A stretch of 64,000 nucleotides of DNA from Tagaea sp. (GCA_965279525.1 CBDIIB010000005.1:1376001-1440000), one strand, 5' to 3'; shown: positions 18,825-29,839, numbered from the stretch's first letter. Numbers and translations: made by a program. Notes: generated from the sequence alone by a model not told the origin.

Positions 18825-19793
18825 TTAATGCGGCGCCCCGATCGTCGCCAGCCAGAGCGGGCCGGGGTCCACCCGGTCGAGCCGGCCGGCCAGATAGTCG
18901 GCGATCGCCCCCATGCCCGACAATCCTGCAAGCGCTTCGGCCTCGGGATTGTAATTGGTGTTGGTGTTGACGTCGTAGGTGAAGGCGTTGCCCTCGCGGT
19001 CGACGATGAACTCGATGCCCGCGATGCCGATGTCGTTGGCGGCAAGGAAGCGCTCGTAGCGCTTCACCAGCGGATGGCGGAAATTCTCGAGGATGCGGAA
19101 GCGCGCACCCGGCGCCACCGCCGGGCACACGGCCGCGGGATCGACCTGGCACTGGTCGGCCGGGCACAACTCGAAGCCCGCCGACGTGTCGACGCGCACG
19201 GCATAGAGGAACTTGCCGCCGACGAACTCGACGCGCGTGATGAACGGCTCGGGTGCCGCGACATAGCGCTGCACGAGCCACGTGCCGTCGACGGGGCCGA
19301 TGGCTTCCTCGTCGGCGAGATACTCCTTCAGCGCCGCTTCGCTCAGGATCAGCTTGACGCCGAGACCCTTGCCGGCCCGGTTGTGCTTGACGATCAGCGG
19401 ATAGCCCAGCGTTTCGGCCGCGCGCGCGATCTGCCGGCGCCCGATGGCCGCGATCGTGTCGGGCACGGCGATGTCGTGGGCGGCGAGTGCCTGGTACTGC
19501 GCGACCTTGCTGATCTCGAGGGCGAGCGCACGCCGGCCGTTGACGACCGCGCGGCCGTGCCGGCTGAGCCACTCCAGCACGTGGCCGGTGTACTCGGCCG
19601 CATAGCGGTGGTCGCGCGTATGCGAGGAAGCGCTCATGCGGTTGTAGAAGACGCCTTCGGGCGGCTCGGCCCGCAGGTCGAGAGCACCCTCGTCGAGGAA
19701 CCACTCGGCGAACGGCGTGCCGCGCTTGTCGAACGCCGCGCGCAGCGGCTCGACCCAGGCGTCGTTCTCGTGGATCACGTGGACCTTGCTCAT
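18825..19793 (-). CDS. RimK-like ATP-grasp ligase
   Basis: YPLIVKHNRAGKGLGV, LVQRYV, RVEFVGG, GIEFI and YDVNTNTNY motifs. Confidence 0.85.
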   Translation of the reverse strand: MSKVHVIHENDAWVEPLRAAFDKRGTPFAEWFLDEGALDLRAEPPEGVFYNRMSASSHTRDHRYAAEYTGHVLEWLSRHGRAVVNGRRALALEISKVAQYQALAAHDIAVPDTIAAIGRRQIARAAETLGYPLIVKHNRAGKGLGVKLILSEAALKEYLADEEAIGPVDGTWLVQRYVAAPEPFITRVEFVGGKFLYAVRVDTSAGFELCPADQCQVDPAAVCPAVAPGARFRILENFRHPLVKRYERFLAANDIGIAGIEFIVDREGNAFTYDVNTNTNYNPEAEALAGLSGMGAIADYLAGRLDRVDPGPLWLATIGAPH

Positions 19794-19969
19794 CGCGTCT
19801 GCTCCTTGAGGGTACGTGCCGCGCGCTCGGCCTGGCGCACGTCGCGGAAGCGTCTTCCGTCGAGCTTCCAGTAGGCGGTGGCGGCTGCGGCGAAGCGGTA
19901 GCCGCCGCGTTCGCCAAGGGCGAGCCCCGCGGCATCGCCGTCGATCTCGATCACATATGCGTCGTTCAT
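19790..19969 (-). CDS. Small hypothetical protein (59 aa)
   Basis: AAGGA RBS; MNDAYVIEIDGDAAGL...RFRDVRQAERAA; ATGA overlap with the ATP-grasp gene. Confidence 0.7.
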   Translation of the reverse strand: MNDAYVIEIDGDAAGLALGERGGYRFAAAATAYWKLDGRRFRDVRQAERAARTLKEQTR

Positions 19970-20055
19970 GGATGCGTCCTTTCCGTCGCCCGCATTGCGG
20001 CGGGCGTGCTGTCGTTCGGCGGTTTCGATCTGGGGGAAGTCCGGATCTGGGCGCT

Positions 20056-20091
20056 TCAACAGCGGCGGCGGTTCGCTTCGTGCGTCGGCAT
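20056..20091 (-). CDS. Putative leader peptide MPTHEANRRRC
   Basis: AAGGATGGAG RBS then ATG; 11 codons ending CGC CGC CGC TGT TGA; directly downstream of the riboswitch. Confidence 0.5.
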   Translation of the reverse strand: MPTHEANRRRC

Positions 20092-20130
20092 GTCGGTCTC
20101 CATCCTTGAGCCCACGACAACCGTCGTGGC

Positions 20131-20183
20131 GCTTTAGCGCTTTGTGACGCGGGCGCAAGCTGCTCGTTCAAATCGCCGCGGAC
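20131..20183 (-). ncRNA. SAM-II (SAM-alpha) riboswitch
   Basis: Minus strand reads CGCGGCGATTTGAACGAGCAGCTTGCGCCCGCGTCACAAAGCGCTAAAG: P1 CGCGG/CCGCG plus the conserved GATTT, TTGC and GCTAAA elements. Confidence 0.8.
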
Positions 20184-20272
20184 GGACGCATCGTCGCTTC
20201 CGTCGGGGATGAAGATGGCCGTCGCGGGATCGGCCGGCAATCGAGGAATTCTGGTGCCGGTCGTTAGAATTT

Positions 20273-21124
20273 CTAGCGGTGGCGCGGGTCGAGCGCGTCG
20301 CGCAGGCCGTCGCCCAGCAGGTTGAAGGCGAGCACGACGAGGAAGATCGCCATGCCCGGAAACACCGCCATCCACGGCGCCTGCGCGATGAAGCGCTGGG
20401 CCGTGTTCAGCATCGATCCCCAGCTTGGTGCCGGCGGCTGCTGGCCCAGGCCCAGGAACGAAAGGCTCGCCTCCGCGATGATCGCGGCCGCGATGGCGAG
20501 CGTGGCCTGCACCATGATCGGGGGCATGATGTTGGGCAGCAGGTGGCGCACCGCGATGCGCCAGCGCGGATTGCCGACCGCGCGTGCCGCCTCGACATAG
20601 TCCTCGACCGAGGCGTTGAGCGTGGCCCCGCGCGTGAGCCGGATGAAAGCGGGCGTGGCCGAGATGCCGATGGCGATCATCGCGTTCGACAGGCTGGGCC
20701 CGAGGAACGCCGCGAGTGCGATCGCCAGGATCAGGAAGGGGCAGGCGAGCATCGCGTCAGTCACGCGGCTGATGATCATGTCGACCCAGCCGCCGACATA
20801 GCCCGCGAGCAGCCCGAGCGGCAGCCCCACGGCGATCGAGATCGACACCGACACCACGCCCGCCAGAAGCGAGGCACGCGCGCCGAACGCGATGCGCGAG
20901 GCAAGATCGCGGCCGTTCTCGTCGGTGCCGAACCAGTGCAGTGCCCCCGGCGGCTTGCGGATCGCGCCCCAATCCGTGGCGATGGGATCGAACGGCGCGA
21001 CGAACGGTGCGAACACCGCGATCGCGACGAACGCGAGCACGACCGCAAGGCCGAACACCGCGGCCGGCCGGCGCATCAGGCGGCGGACTGCCCGCCGTCC
21101 GGGGCTGTCGTTCGAATCGCTCAT
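20273..21124 (-). CDS. Peptide/nickel ABC transporter permease (DppC/OppC-like)
   Basis: HWFGTDENGRD, YVEAARAVG, HLLPN and LSFLGLG motifs. Confidence 0.92.
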   Translation of the reverse strand: MSDSNDSPGRRAVRRLMRRPAAVFGLAVVLAFVAIAVFAPFVAPFDPIATDWGAIRKPPGALHWFGTDENGRDLASRIAFGARASLLAGVVSVSISIAVGLPLGLLAGYVGGWVDMIISRVTDAMLACPFLILAIALAAFLGPSLSNAMIAIGISATPAFIRLTRGATLNASVEDYVEAARAVGNPRWRIAVRHLLPNIMPPIMVQATLAIAAAIIAEASLSFLGLGQQPPAPSWGSMLNTAQRFIAQAPWMAVFPGMAIFLVVLAFNLLGDGLRDALDPRHR

Positions 21125-22065
21125 TGCTGGCGCAGGCGCGGATTGATGAGGAAATAGAGAATGTCCGCGACGAGGTTGAGCGTCACATAGGCCGTGGCCG
21201 TCACCAGCACCACGCCCTGCACGACCATATAGTCGCGGTTGAACACCGCATCGACGACGAGCTTGCCGAAGCCCGGGATCGTGAAGACCTGCTCGGTGAG
21301 CACGGCACCCGAGAACAGCGCGCCGAGTTCAAGGGCCCCCAGCGTGACGACGGGGATCAGCGCGTTGCGCAGCGCGTGCTTGTTGACGACCTTGCCCTCG
21401 GCAAGCCCCTTGGCGCGCGCGGTGCGCACATAGTCCTGGTTGAGGGCCTGCAGCATCGCCGCGCGCGTGTGGCGCATCAGCACGGCCGCGATCGAATTGC
21501 CCAGCACGAAGGCGGGCATGATCGTCGTGGCGAGACTCTGGCGCCAGTCCTCGAACGGACTCACATAGCCCGACGGCGGCAGCCAGCCCATCTCGACCGA
21601 CACGAAAAGGATCAGCAGGATGCCGAGCCAGAAATTCGGCGTCGACAGCCCCCACAGCGCCACCGCGTTCGCCGCATAGTCCCAGAACCCGTCCTTGCGC
21701 ACGGCGGACAGCACGCCCATCGGGATGCCGATCAGGCACGCGATGATGAACGCCATGCCGCCGAGCTGCAACGTGACCGGCAGTTTCGCGAGGACCAGAT
21801 CGGAGACCGGGCTCGACAGCCGCATCGATTCGCCCAGATCGCCGTGCAGCACGTTCCACAGCCAGTTGGCGTACTGGACGGGGATCGGCCGGTCGAGACC
21901 GTATCGCGCGCGGATCTGGGCCAGCACCTCCTCGTCGCGTTCCTCGCCCGCCATGACCGAGGCGGGATCGCCCGGCAGCAGCAGTTGCAGCCCGAACACG
22001 AGCATCGAGACGACGAACAGCGTCGGCAGGATGCTCGAGAGGCGGCGGACGAGAAACGCGAACAA
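21121..22065 (-). CDS. Peptide ABC transporter permease (DppB/OppB-like)
   Basis: PGDPA, GLDRP, DYVRTARAKGL and HALRNALIP; TTG start. Confidence 0.92.
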   Translation of the reverse strand: MFAFLVRRLSSILPTLFVVSMLVFGLQLLLPGDPASVMAGEERDEEVLAQIRARYGLDRPIPVQYANWLWNVLHGDLGESMRLSSPVSDLVLAKLPVTLQLGGMAFIIACLIGIPMGVLSAVRKDGFWDYAANAVALWGLSTPNFWLGILLILFVSVEMGWLPPSGYVSPFEDWRQSLATTIMPAFVLGNSIAAVLMRHTRAAMLQALNQDYVRTARAKGLAEGKVVNKHALRNALIPVVTLGALELGALFSGAVLTEQVFTIPGFGKLVVDAVFNRDYMVVQGVVLVTATAYVTLNLVADILYFLINPRLRQQ

Positions 22066-22086
22066 GGCGGTGCTTTCCTTTCGCCG

Positions 22087-23607
22087 TCAGTTCGCCGCGA
22101 GGCGGATGCCCTGCAGGCGGATCAGCCCGTCGGGAACCGCGACGAAGCCGGAGAGCCTGCCGGTGTGGGCGACCAGGTTCTTGCGGTGCCAGAGGTACAG
22201 GATCGGTTTCTCCGCCTGCACAAGGTCGGCCGCCTTCGTGTAGATCGCGGTGCGCTGCGCCACGTCGGGCACGATTCGCGCGTCGGCCATCAGCTTGTCG
22301 ACCTCGGGCGAGGCGAACTTGGCGTAGTTGAGGGGCCCTCGCGACGTGACGAAGCTGAACAGGTTGCCGTCCGGATCGGGCCGGCCCGACCAGCCGACGA
22401 TATAGGCCTCATAGTCGCCCTTCTCGGCCGTGCTCAGCGACGTGGCGAACTCGGTCGCCTGGATGCGCACGTCGAAACCCGCCTCGCGCGCCATCGACTG
22501 GATGACCTCGCCGATCTGACGCATGTCCGGGCTGTTGGCGACCATCAGGTTGACGACGACGGGGCTCGTGTGTCCCGCCGCGCGCAGGAGCGCCTTGGCC
22601 TGCTCGACGTTGCGCGCCGGCACCTTGGCGGCCTTGTTGAAGAACGGGCTCGCCGGCGGGATACCCTGGACGGTGGGCGTGTACTCGCCGTTGTAGACGA
22701 CCTGGACGATCGTGTTGCGGTCGAAGGCAAGCTCGAACGCCTCGCGCACGCGCTTGTCGCTGCCGATGACCGACTTCGCCTTGTCGCCGTTGTTGACGTT
22801 GAGCCACATGCCCATGTAGCCGAGCTCCTCGACCGAAGACAGCTTCAGGCGCTGGTTGGCGCGCACGGCCGGGATGTCGGTCGGCTGCAGCCGCTCGATC
22901 AGGTCGAGCGCGTTGCCCTGCAGATTGGCGAAGCGCACCGAGTGGTCGGGAATCGGCAGATAGACGACGCGGTCGACGCCGATCTTGCCGGCATCCCAGT
23001 ACTGCGGGAACTTCTCGACGACGATGCGGTCCTGCGCCACGCGTTCGACGAAGCGGAACGGACCCGCGCACACGGGCTTGGCCGCGAACTGCGCGCCGGC
23101 GGCCTGTGCCGCCTTCGGGCTCACGATCATGCCTGCACGGTCGGTGAGCTGGGCGACGAACGGCGCGAAGGGTGCCGACAGCGTCAGCTTCACCGTCAAC
23201 GGGTCGACGACCTCGATCTTCTGCATCGCCGAGATTTCCGAACGGCGGAACGAGCCCTGCATGTTGAGATGCCGGTCGAGACTGAAGCGGACGGCTTCGG
23301 CATCCATCTTCTCGCCGTCGTGGAACGTCACGCCGTCGCGCAGCTTGATCGTCAGCTCCTTGCCTTCGCCGCCCCAGCTGTAGCCGGTCGCGAGCTGCGG
23401 GACGATGTTGAGCTTGTCGTCGATGTCGAAGAGCTTGTCGCACAGGCTGGCGAACACGATGCGGCCCACGAACGTACGCGCGGTCGTCGGATCGAGCGCG
23501 TCGGGGTCCTCGGCAAGGCCGATGCGCAGCGTGGTCTGCGCGTGTGCGGCCCCGGCGGTCAGGGCGATGGCGGCAAGGCCGGCCATCAGCATTCTGGTCA
23601 TCGACAT
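22087..23607 (-). CDS. Peptide ABC transporter substrate-binding protein (family 5)
   Basis: Signal peptide; LDP, PQLA, LRDGVTFHDG and GPF motifs; GAGGAG RBS. Confidence 0.92.
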   Translation of the reverse strand: MSMTRMLMAGLAAIALTAGAAHAQTTLRIGLAEDPDALDPTTARTFVGRIVFASLCDKLFDIDDKLNIVPQLATGYSWGGEGKELTIKLRDGVTFHDGEKMDAEAVRFSLDRHLNMQGSFRRSEISAMQKIEVVDPLTVKLTLSAPFAPFVAQLTDRAGMIVSPKAAQAAGAQFAAKPVCAGPFRFVERVAQDRIVVEKFPQYWDAGKIGVDRVVYLPIPDHSVRFANLQGNALDLIERLQPTDIPAVRANQRLKLSSVEELGYMGMWLNVNNGDKAKSVIGSDKRVREAFELAFDRNTIVQVVYNGEYTPTVQGIPPASPFFNKAAKVPARNVEQAKALLRAAGHTSPVVVNLMVANSPDMRQIGEVIQSMAREAGFDVRIQATEFATSLSTAEKGDYEAYIVGWSGRPDPDGNLFSFVTSRGPLNYAKFASPEVDKLMADARIVPDVAQRTAIYTKAADLVQAEKPILYLWHRKNLVAHTGRLSGFVAVPDGLIRLQGIRLAAN

Positions 23608-23641
23608 GGTCGTTTCTCCTCGTGGTTCAGGAATGGGTGGG

Positions 23642-24708
23642 TCAGGAATGGACGGAACGTTCGACGAAGCGGCCCTGCAACCGTTCGAGGCGGGCCTGTG
23701 CGGGACTGTCCGGCGGGATGGAAAGTGCTGCGAAATCGGGGATCTCGCGCCAGAAATGGCAGGCGACCGAATGGCCCGCACCCGCGGGTTCGAGCTGCGG
23801 GCTTTCCACCCGGCAGCGGTCCCTGGCGAACGCGCACCGCGTGTGGAAATGGCAGCCGGGCGGCGGATCGATGGGGCTGGGCACGTCGCCTTGCAGCAGC
23901 GTGCGCGCACGCGCGACCGACGGGTCGGGAACCGGGATCGCGGCGAGCAGGGCCTGCGTATAGGGATGGCGCGGCCGCACGTAGAGTCCGCCCTTGTCCG
24001 CGATCTCGACGATGCGCCCCAGATACATGACGGCCACCCGGTCGGCCGCATGTTTGACCACGGCAAGATCGTGCGCGATCAGCACGAGCGCCATGCCGAA
24101 GCGGCGCTGCAGGTCCTTCAGCAGGTTCAGCACCTGCGCCTGCACCGACACGTCGAGGGCCGAGACCGGCTCGTCGCCGACGATCAGCTTCGGACCGGCG
24201 GCAAGGGCACGCGCGATCCCGATGCGCTGGCGCTGCCCGCCGGAAAACTCGTGCGGATAGCGACGGTCGTGTTCGGGACGCAGGCCCACGACCGACAGCA
24301 GCTCGCGCACCTTTTCGGCGCGCGCGGCCCCGCTCGCGAGCCCATGCAGCATCAGCGGCTCGCCGACGATCTGGCCCACCGTCATGCGCGGATTGAGTGA
24401 GGCGTAGGGATCCTGGAAGACGATCTGCAGGTGCCGGCGTTGGGCGCGCATCGCGGCCTCGTCGAGCGCCATCAGGTCGGTGCCGTCGAACTCGATCTGC
24501 CCGGACGTCGGCTCGATCAAGCGCAGCAGCATGCGGCCGACCGTCGACTTGCCGCAGCCGCTCTCGCCGACCAGGCCGAGCGTTTCGCCGGCGGCCACGT
24601 CGAGCGATACGCCGTCGACGGCCTTGACCATGCCCGTCGCACGCCCGAACAGGCCCTTGCGTACAGGGAAGTGCTTCACGAGACCTGTGGCGCTGAGCAG
24701 CGGGGTCG

Positions 24709-24712
<4 letters not shown>
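23642..24712 (-). CDS. Peptide ABC ATPase (DppF/OppF-like)
   Basis: [33 protein letters not shown] and the C-terminal Cys cluster. Confidence 0.92.
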
Positions 24713-25688
<976 letters not shown>

Positions 25689-25692
<4 letters not shown>

Positions 25693-26393
25693 TTGACCCC
25701 GGCGGCGGCCATCGCGGCGTCGATCGTCGCGCGGTCGTACGTGCCCGCGATGTCGGCACGCGTGGCAAGGAACGGGCGGAAGATCGCAAAGCGCTCCTTG
25801 CTGACGGCATGGAGCCGGCGCAGCTCGACGAGCGGGAATTCGTGGTCGTCCACGCGCATGTCGAGATCGGGATACTCGTCGCCCGAATGCACGCGGATGG
25901 CGGCGGACTGGCGCCCGCGCTTGTCGCCGCCCGCGGCATCGCCCGCGTCGAGCGCGTCGAGGAAGCGCTCGGCCAACGGCTTGCCGCGCGAAGCGGCGAA
26001 CGCCTTCGCGGTCGCCTCGATCACCTGCTTGCCCGCCAGCATGTTGCCGGCGACCGAGAATTCGTCGAACACGAGATGGCCCGCCCAGTCCACGCAGCCC
26101 TTGCCGGTGTGTGCGGCAAACCGGCCGGCGGCATCCATCAGGTGGACCTGGCGCACGTCGCGCCCGGCATCGCGCGCGAGCAGGGCCGCGAGCGTTTCGG
26201 CCGCCGGCATGCCGCGTGCCAGGAGGTCGATCCCGTCGATGCCGTGATAGGGGTTGATCAGGGCCTGCGTGGCGACCGCACCGGCCCCCGGACGCACGTA
26301 GGGACAAAGTGCGCCGACCGCGAAGAAGCGCGTGGCGACGGCGATGCCGATTTCGCCGGTTGCGGGATCGCGGGCGACGACGGACCAGGTCAT
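25689..26393 (-). CDS. DUF1028 family Ntn-hydrolase-like protein
   Basis: [31 protein letters not shown] and RVDDH. Confidence 0.85.
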
Positions 26394-26529
26394 GGCGGCC
26401 TCGTTGGTTCCACCGGGAACTTAATTCGCCGGGCCGACAAGTAAAGCCCGTGCGGTCGCATTATGCAACGCCGGGACCATCGACGCTCGCCCGGACCAAG
26501 TCCGGCCCGACCAATTTAGACAATGGGCG

Positions 26530-27606
26530 TCAGGCGAGCGTGAAGGATTCGTGCACCGCACTTTTGACGCCGCCGCCCATCACCGGCCCGCCGCCGGCCA
26601 CATAGATGGCATCACCGATCGTGACCGCGCCCATCCCGTGGCGCGGCGTCAGCATCGGCGCGTAGGCCTGCCACTTGTCGGCAACCGGATCGTAGGCTTC
26701 GTTCTGCGCGAATACGCGGTTGGAACCTTCACCGCCCATGCAGAAGATCTGACCGCGATAGAGCGTGGCGCCGTGGCCAGAACGCGCCGTCGGCAATGGG
26801 TTGCGCATGCGCCAGCGGTCTTCCTTGGCGTCGTACGTGTGGTGCAGGTTCGAGTTCGTATAGAACGTGGTCACGCGCCCGCCGATCACGTGGATGAACC
26901 CGTTCATCGCGACGATGCCGACGTGGTCGCGCGCGGTGGGCAGCGGGGCGGCCGTGCGCCAGCGGTCGTCCTTCGGGTCGTAGACAAGGTGGCGGTCGAT
27001 CGACACGCGCGCCTCGGCCGTATCGCCCCAGGCGCCGCCGATCGCATGGATGCGGCCTTCGAACGCCACGCAGCCCATGGCGCCGGCAGCCTGCGGCATC
27101 GTGGCGATGCGGCTCCACCGCTCGCCGTCGGCACCCCAGACGAAACAATCGGCGTGCGGCCGGCGGTTCTGGTCGAGGAAGCCGCCCAGCGCATAGAGCC
27201 GCCCGTCGAGAACGGTGACGCCCACATGGTTGGCGCCCAGCGGCAGGTCGGCGGCCTGCATCCAGGCATCGGCAGCCGGGTCGTAGATGTGGTGATACGG
27301 CTTGTCGACGCGCTGTTCGGCATAGCCGCCGACAAGATGCATGCGTCCGGCACGCTCGGCCGCCCACGCCATCTCGGTGCGGGGCAGGGGCAGCGGCGCG
27401 CGGGCCGACCACTTGCCCTGGTTCGCGGCCTTGGGTGCGATCGAGTCGTACACGCGCTGTTCCTGCGCGATCGGCGGGATCTCGATGCGGCCGGGCTGGT
27501 TCAGCCGTTCGAACATCGGGCCGTGATGGGCGTGCTGGGCCGCCGCGGGGGCGGCGAACGCCGCCAGCCCGCCGGCGACGAAGGCACGCCGCGTGGTCGT
27601 CGTCAT
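26530..27606 (-). CDS. Kelch-repeat beta-propeller with Tat signal
   Basis: TRRAFV signal; about six GG..Y.P..D.W..LP..R repeats. Confidence 0.88.
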   Translation of the reverse strand: MTTTTRRAFVAGGLAAFAAPAAAQHAHHGPMFERLNQPGRIEIPPIAQEQRVYDSIAPKAANQGKWSARAPLPLPRTEMAWAAERAGRMHLVGGYAEQRVDKPYHHIYDPAADAWMQAADLPLGANHVGVTVLDGRLYALGGFLDQNRRPHADCFVWGADGERWSRIATMPQAAGAMGCVAFEGRIHAIGGAWGDTAEARVSIDRHLVYDPKDDRWRTAAPLPTARDHVGIVAMNGFIHVIGGRVTTFYTNSNLHHTYDAKEDRWRMRNPLPTARSGHGATLYRGQIFCMGGEGSNRVFAQNEAYDPVADKWQAYAPMLTPRHGMGAVTIGDAIYVAGGGPVMGGGVKSAVHESFTLA

Positions 27607-27619
27607 CGTTGCTCTCTCC

Positions 27620-28339
27620 TCAGGAAACTTCGCGCGACAGCTTGTTGATCATGGCATAGGCGAACGTATCGAAGCCAAGCACCGATAGCAGGAACGCGCC
27701 TGTCCCGCCGATCACGTTGGCACGGTACCATTCGTCCAGTCCGCCGGGCGGGTGGGTGTGCATCGGGTTCCACGGGCTGGGCGTTTCGGTCAGGATGGCT
27801 AGGCCGTTGATCGTGATGCCGGCTTCGACCGCGATGTCGCGCGCGGTTCCCGCGAGCGTGCCGCTGGTATTGGTGCCATCGCCCGACACGTCGATCGTGC
27901 GCCGCCGTGCCTCGTACGGGCAGCGGCGCAGCTCTTCCATCGAGAACATGATCGCCTCGCCGATGGCCGTCGAACCGGCGAAGGGGCGCGGCGGGGCGAG
28001 CAGGCGGGCGGCGAAATCCTCGGCGCTGTCCTGGCCGTCGATCACCGTCCAGTCGACGAGCGTGCGCTGGGCGCCCGGGCCCGACCATTCGTTATAGGTA
28101 AGCGCAAGCCGCTTGGCGGGCCCGCCAGTCATTGCGCGCACGACGCGCGGATCGGCGATTGCCGTGGCATATCCTTGGCGCTGGAGCAGGAAGCGGTTGT
28201 TGTCGATGCTGCGCGAGACGTCGGCGGCAAGGACGAGCTGGAGGTCGAACTTTTCTGCCGCCCGCACCGGCAGGACAGCCGCGGCAACGCCGGCACCGAG
28301 GCCGGCCAGAAATGTGCGCCGTTTCGAAGGTCGTGGCAT
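27620..28339 (-). CDS. DUF1194 (vWA-like) protein with Tat signal
   Basis: KRRTFL signal; LVLAADVSRS (MIDAS DxSxS), IDVSGDG and VIGG.GAF. Confidence 0.85.
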   Translation of the reverse strand: MPRPSKRRTFLAGLGAGVAAAVLPVRAAEKFDLQLVLAADVSRSIDNNRFLLQRQGYATAIADPRVVRAMTGGPAKRLALTYNEWSGPGAQRTLVDWTVIDGQDSAEDFAARLLAPPRPFAGSTAIGEAIMFSMEELRRCPYEARRRTIDVSGDGTNTSGTLAGTARDIAVEAGITINGLAILTETPSPWNPMHTHPPGGLDEWYRANVIGGTGAFLLSVLGFDTFAYAMINKLSREVS

Positions 28340-28506
28340 CGGGGAACCCCGCAGGTCTGCCGTGACTCGTCATGGTCAGCTTGCCTCAACGCAAAGACCG
28401 CGCCAAGCCCGGTGCATTTCGCGAACCGCAATGCATATGTGGATAATCCGGATTAATGCCGAAGGGGCTTGGATTCAGCAGGGCCAGCCCCTAAACAGTT
28501 CGGACC

Positions 28507-29529
28507 ATGTGCCCGCCGGATGATCAGGTGCCGCACGCCACGGACGCGAAGGCCGATACGGCCGCGCAGCCCTGGTGGAAGAGCGGCAAGCAGGACCTTC
28601 GCACCAAGCTCCATGCCTGGTGGGAAGGCTATCGTCTGCCTACGGGAAGCCCTGCGGGAAGCAATGCCAAGCTCAAGCCGGCTTCTGCTCCCGCTGCAGG
28701 GCCTGCGTCCAAATCCAAGTCTGCGACCGCCGAGCCGGCAAAATCGGCACCGCCGCCCAAGGACCATTGGAGCCCCGAGCGCATCCTCGTCGCCCAGCTC
28801 ATCTGGGGCGACGGTTTCTCGTTTCCCGGCGGCGGCGATTTCGCGGCCGAACTTGCCGCCTCGCTGATCGTCGACAAGCGTTCGACCGTGATGGATCTGG
28901 GCTGCGGCCTTGGCGGTGGCACGCGCGCGATCGTCGAGCGCTTCGGTGCCACCGCGCATGGCTTCGACCTGTCGCCCGAACAGGCCAAGGCCGGCGATGC
29001 CATGTCGGCCAAGCAGGGGCTCGACCTTCGCGCACCCATCGCACCCCTCAATCTCGAAAATCCGGACTGGAAGGCGCGCACCTACGATGCGGCCCTGCTG
29101 CGCAACGTCGTGTCGCTGGTCACCGACAAGTCGGCCCTCGTGCGCCGCGTGGGCGAATCGCTGAAACCGGGCGGCCGCTTCCTGCTGATCGACTGGGCGC
29201 TCACCGAAGACGAGACGCAAGGGGCCGCCTTCGCGAACTATCTCGAAGGCGAGCCGCGCCCGCCCTATCTCGGCACAGTGGCGCAGCTGACGTTCCTGAT
29301 CGAGACGCTCGGCTACACGGTCCGGCGCAGCGAGGATTACACGAAGGAATTCCGCCCGGTCGTGCTCGAAGGCTGGCGGCGCATCGACACGATCGTCGCC
29401 AAGGGCATGCTCAATGCCGTCGAGGGCAAGGCGCTGATGAAGGAGGCCGAACTGTGGGCCCGGCGCATCGCCGCGATCGACGCGGGCGAGCTTCGCGTGG
29501 CGCGCATCGAGGCGCTGAAGAAGGCCTGA
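28507..29529 (+). CDS. Class I SAM-dependent methyltransferase
   Basis: MDLGCGLGG and LKPGGRF; WG.G...PGG as in N-methyltransferases; low-complexity N-terminal extension. Confidence 0.85.
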   Translation: MCPPDDQVPHATDAKADTAAQPWWKSGKQDLRTKLHAWWEGYRLPTGSPAGSNAKLKPASAPAAGPASKSKSATAEPAKSAPPPKDHWSPERILVAQLIWGDGFSFPGGGDFAAELAASLIVDKRSTVMDLGCGLGGGTRAIVERFGATAHGFDLSPEQAKAGDAMSAKQGLDLRAPIAPLNLENPDWKARTYDAALLRNVVSLVTDKSALVRRVGESLKPGGRFLLIDWALTEDETQGAAFANYLEGEPRPPYLGTVAQLTFLIETLGYTVRRSEDYTKEFRPVVLEGWRRIDTIVAKGMLNAVEGKALMKEAELWARRIAAIDAGELRVARIEALKKA

Positions 29530-29530
29530 G

Positions 29531-29764
29531 CTAGCGCGATCCTGCCGGGCGCCAGAAGCGGTCGACGACATAGCCGCCCACCCCGCCGAGAGCCGCACCG
29601 ATGGCGGCCCCTTTCAGCGTGCCGGTCCCGCCGGTCGCAAGTGCGCCGATGGTCGCGCCGACAACCGCACCGCCGCCGATGTAGCTCTGTTGGCGCGTCA
29701 TGCCGCTGCAGCCGCCAAGCAGCAGGGCCGAGCTTGCGACAAGGACGAGGGCGGTGCGGCGCAT
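29531..29764 (-). CDS. Small glycine-zipper lipoprotein
   Basis: LLLGGC lipobox; GAVVGATIGA and GAAIGAALGGVGG. Confidence 0.8.
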   Translation of the reverse strand: MRRTALVLVASSALLLGGCSGMTRQQSYIGGGAVVGATIGALATGGTGTLKGAAIGAALGGVGGYVVDRFWRPAGSR

Positions 29765-29839
29765 GGCGAAAACTCCGGGCTGGTGGCTGGAACGTGGCGC
29801 ATTACAGCGAGCGCGCGGGCATCTGGCGAGTCGATTCGA

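Noticed and set aside
18825-19969. Graspetide RiPP cluster or LysW/LysX carrier system
   Set aside because: The small protein lacks a recognisable graspetide leader/core or the C-terminal EDWGE, and looks like a small folded domain
20941-24030. 1029-aa plus-strand ORF
   Set aside because: Antisense shadow of well-supported ABC transporter genes
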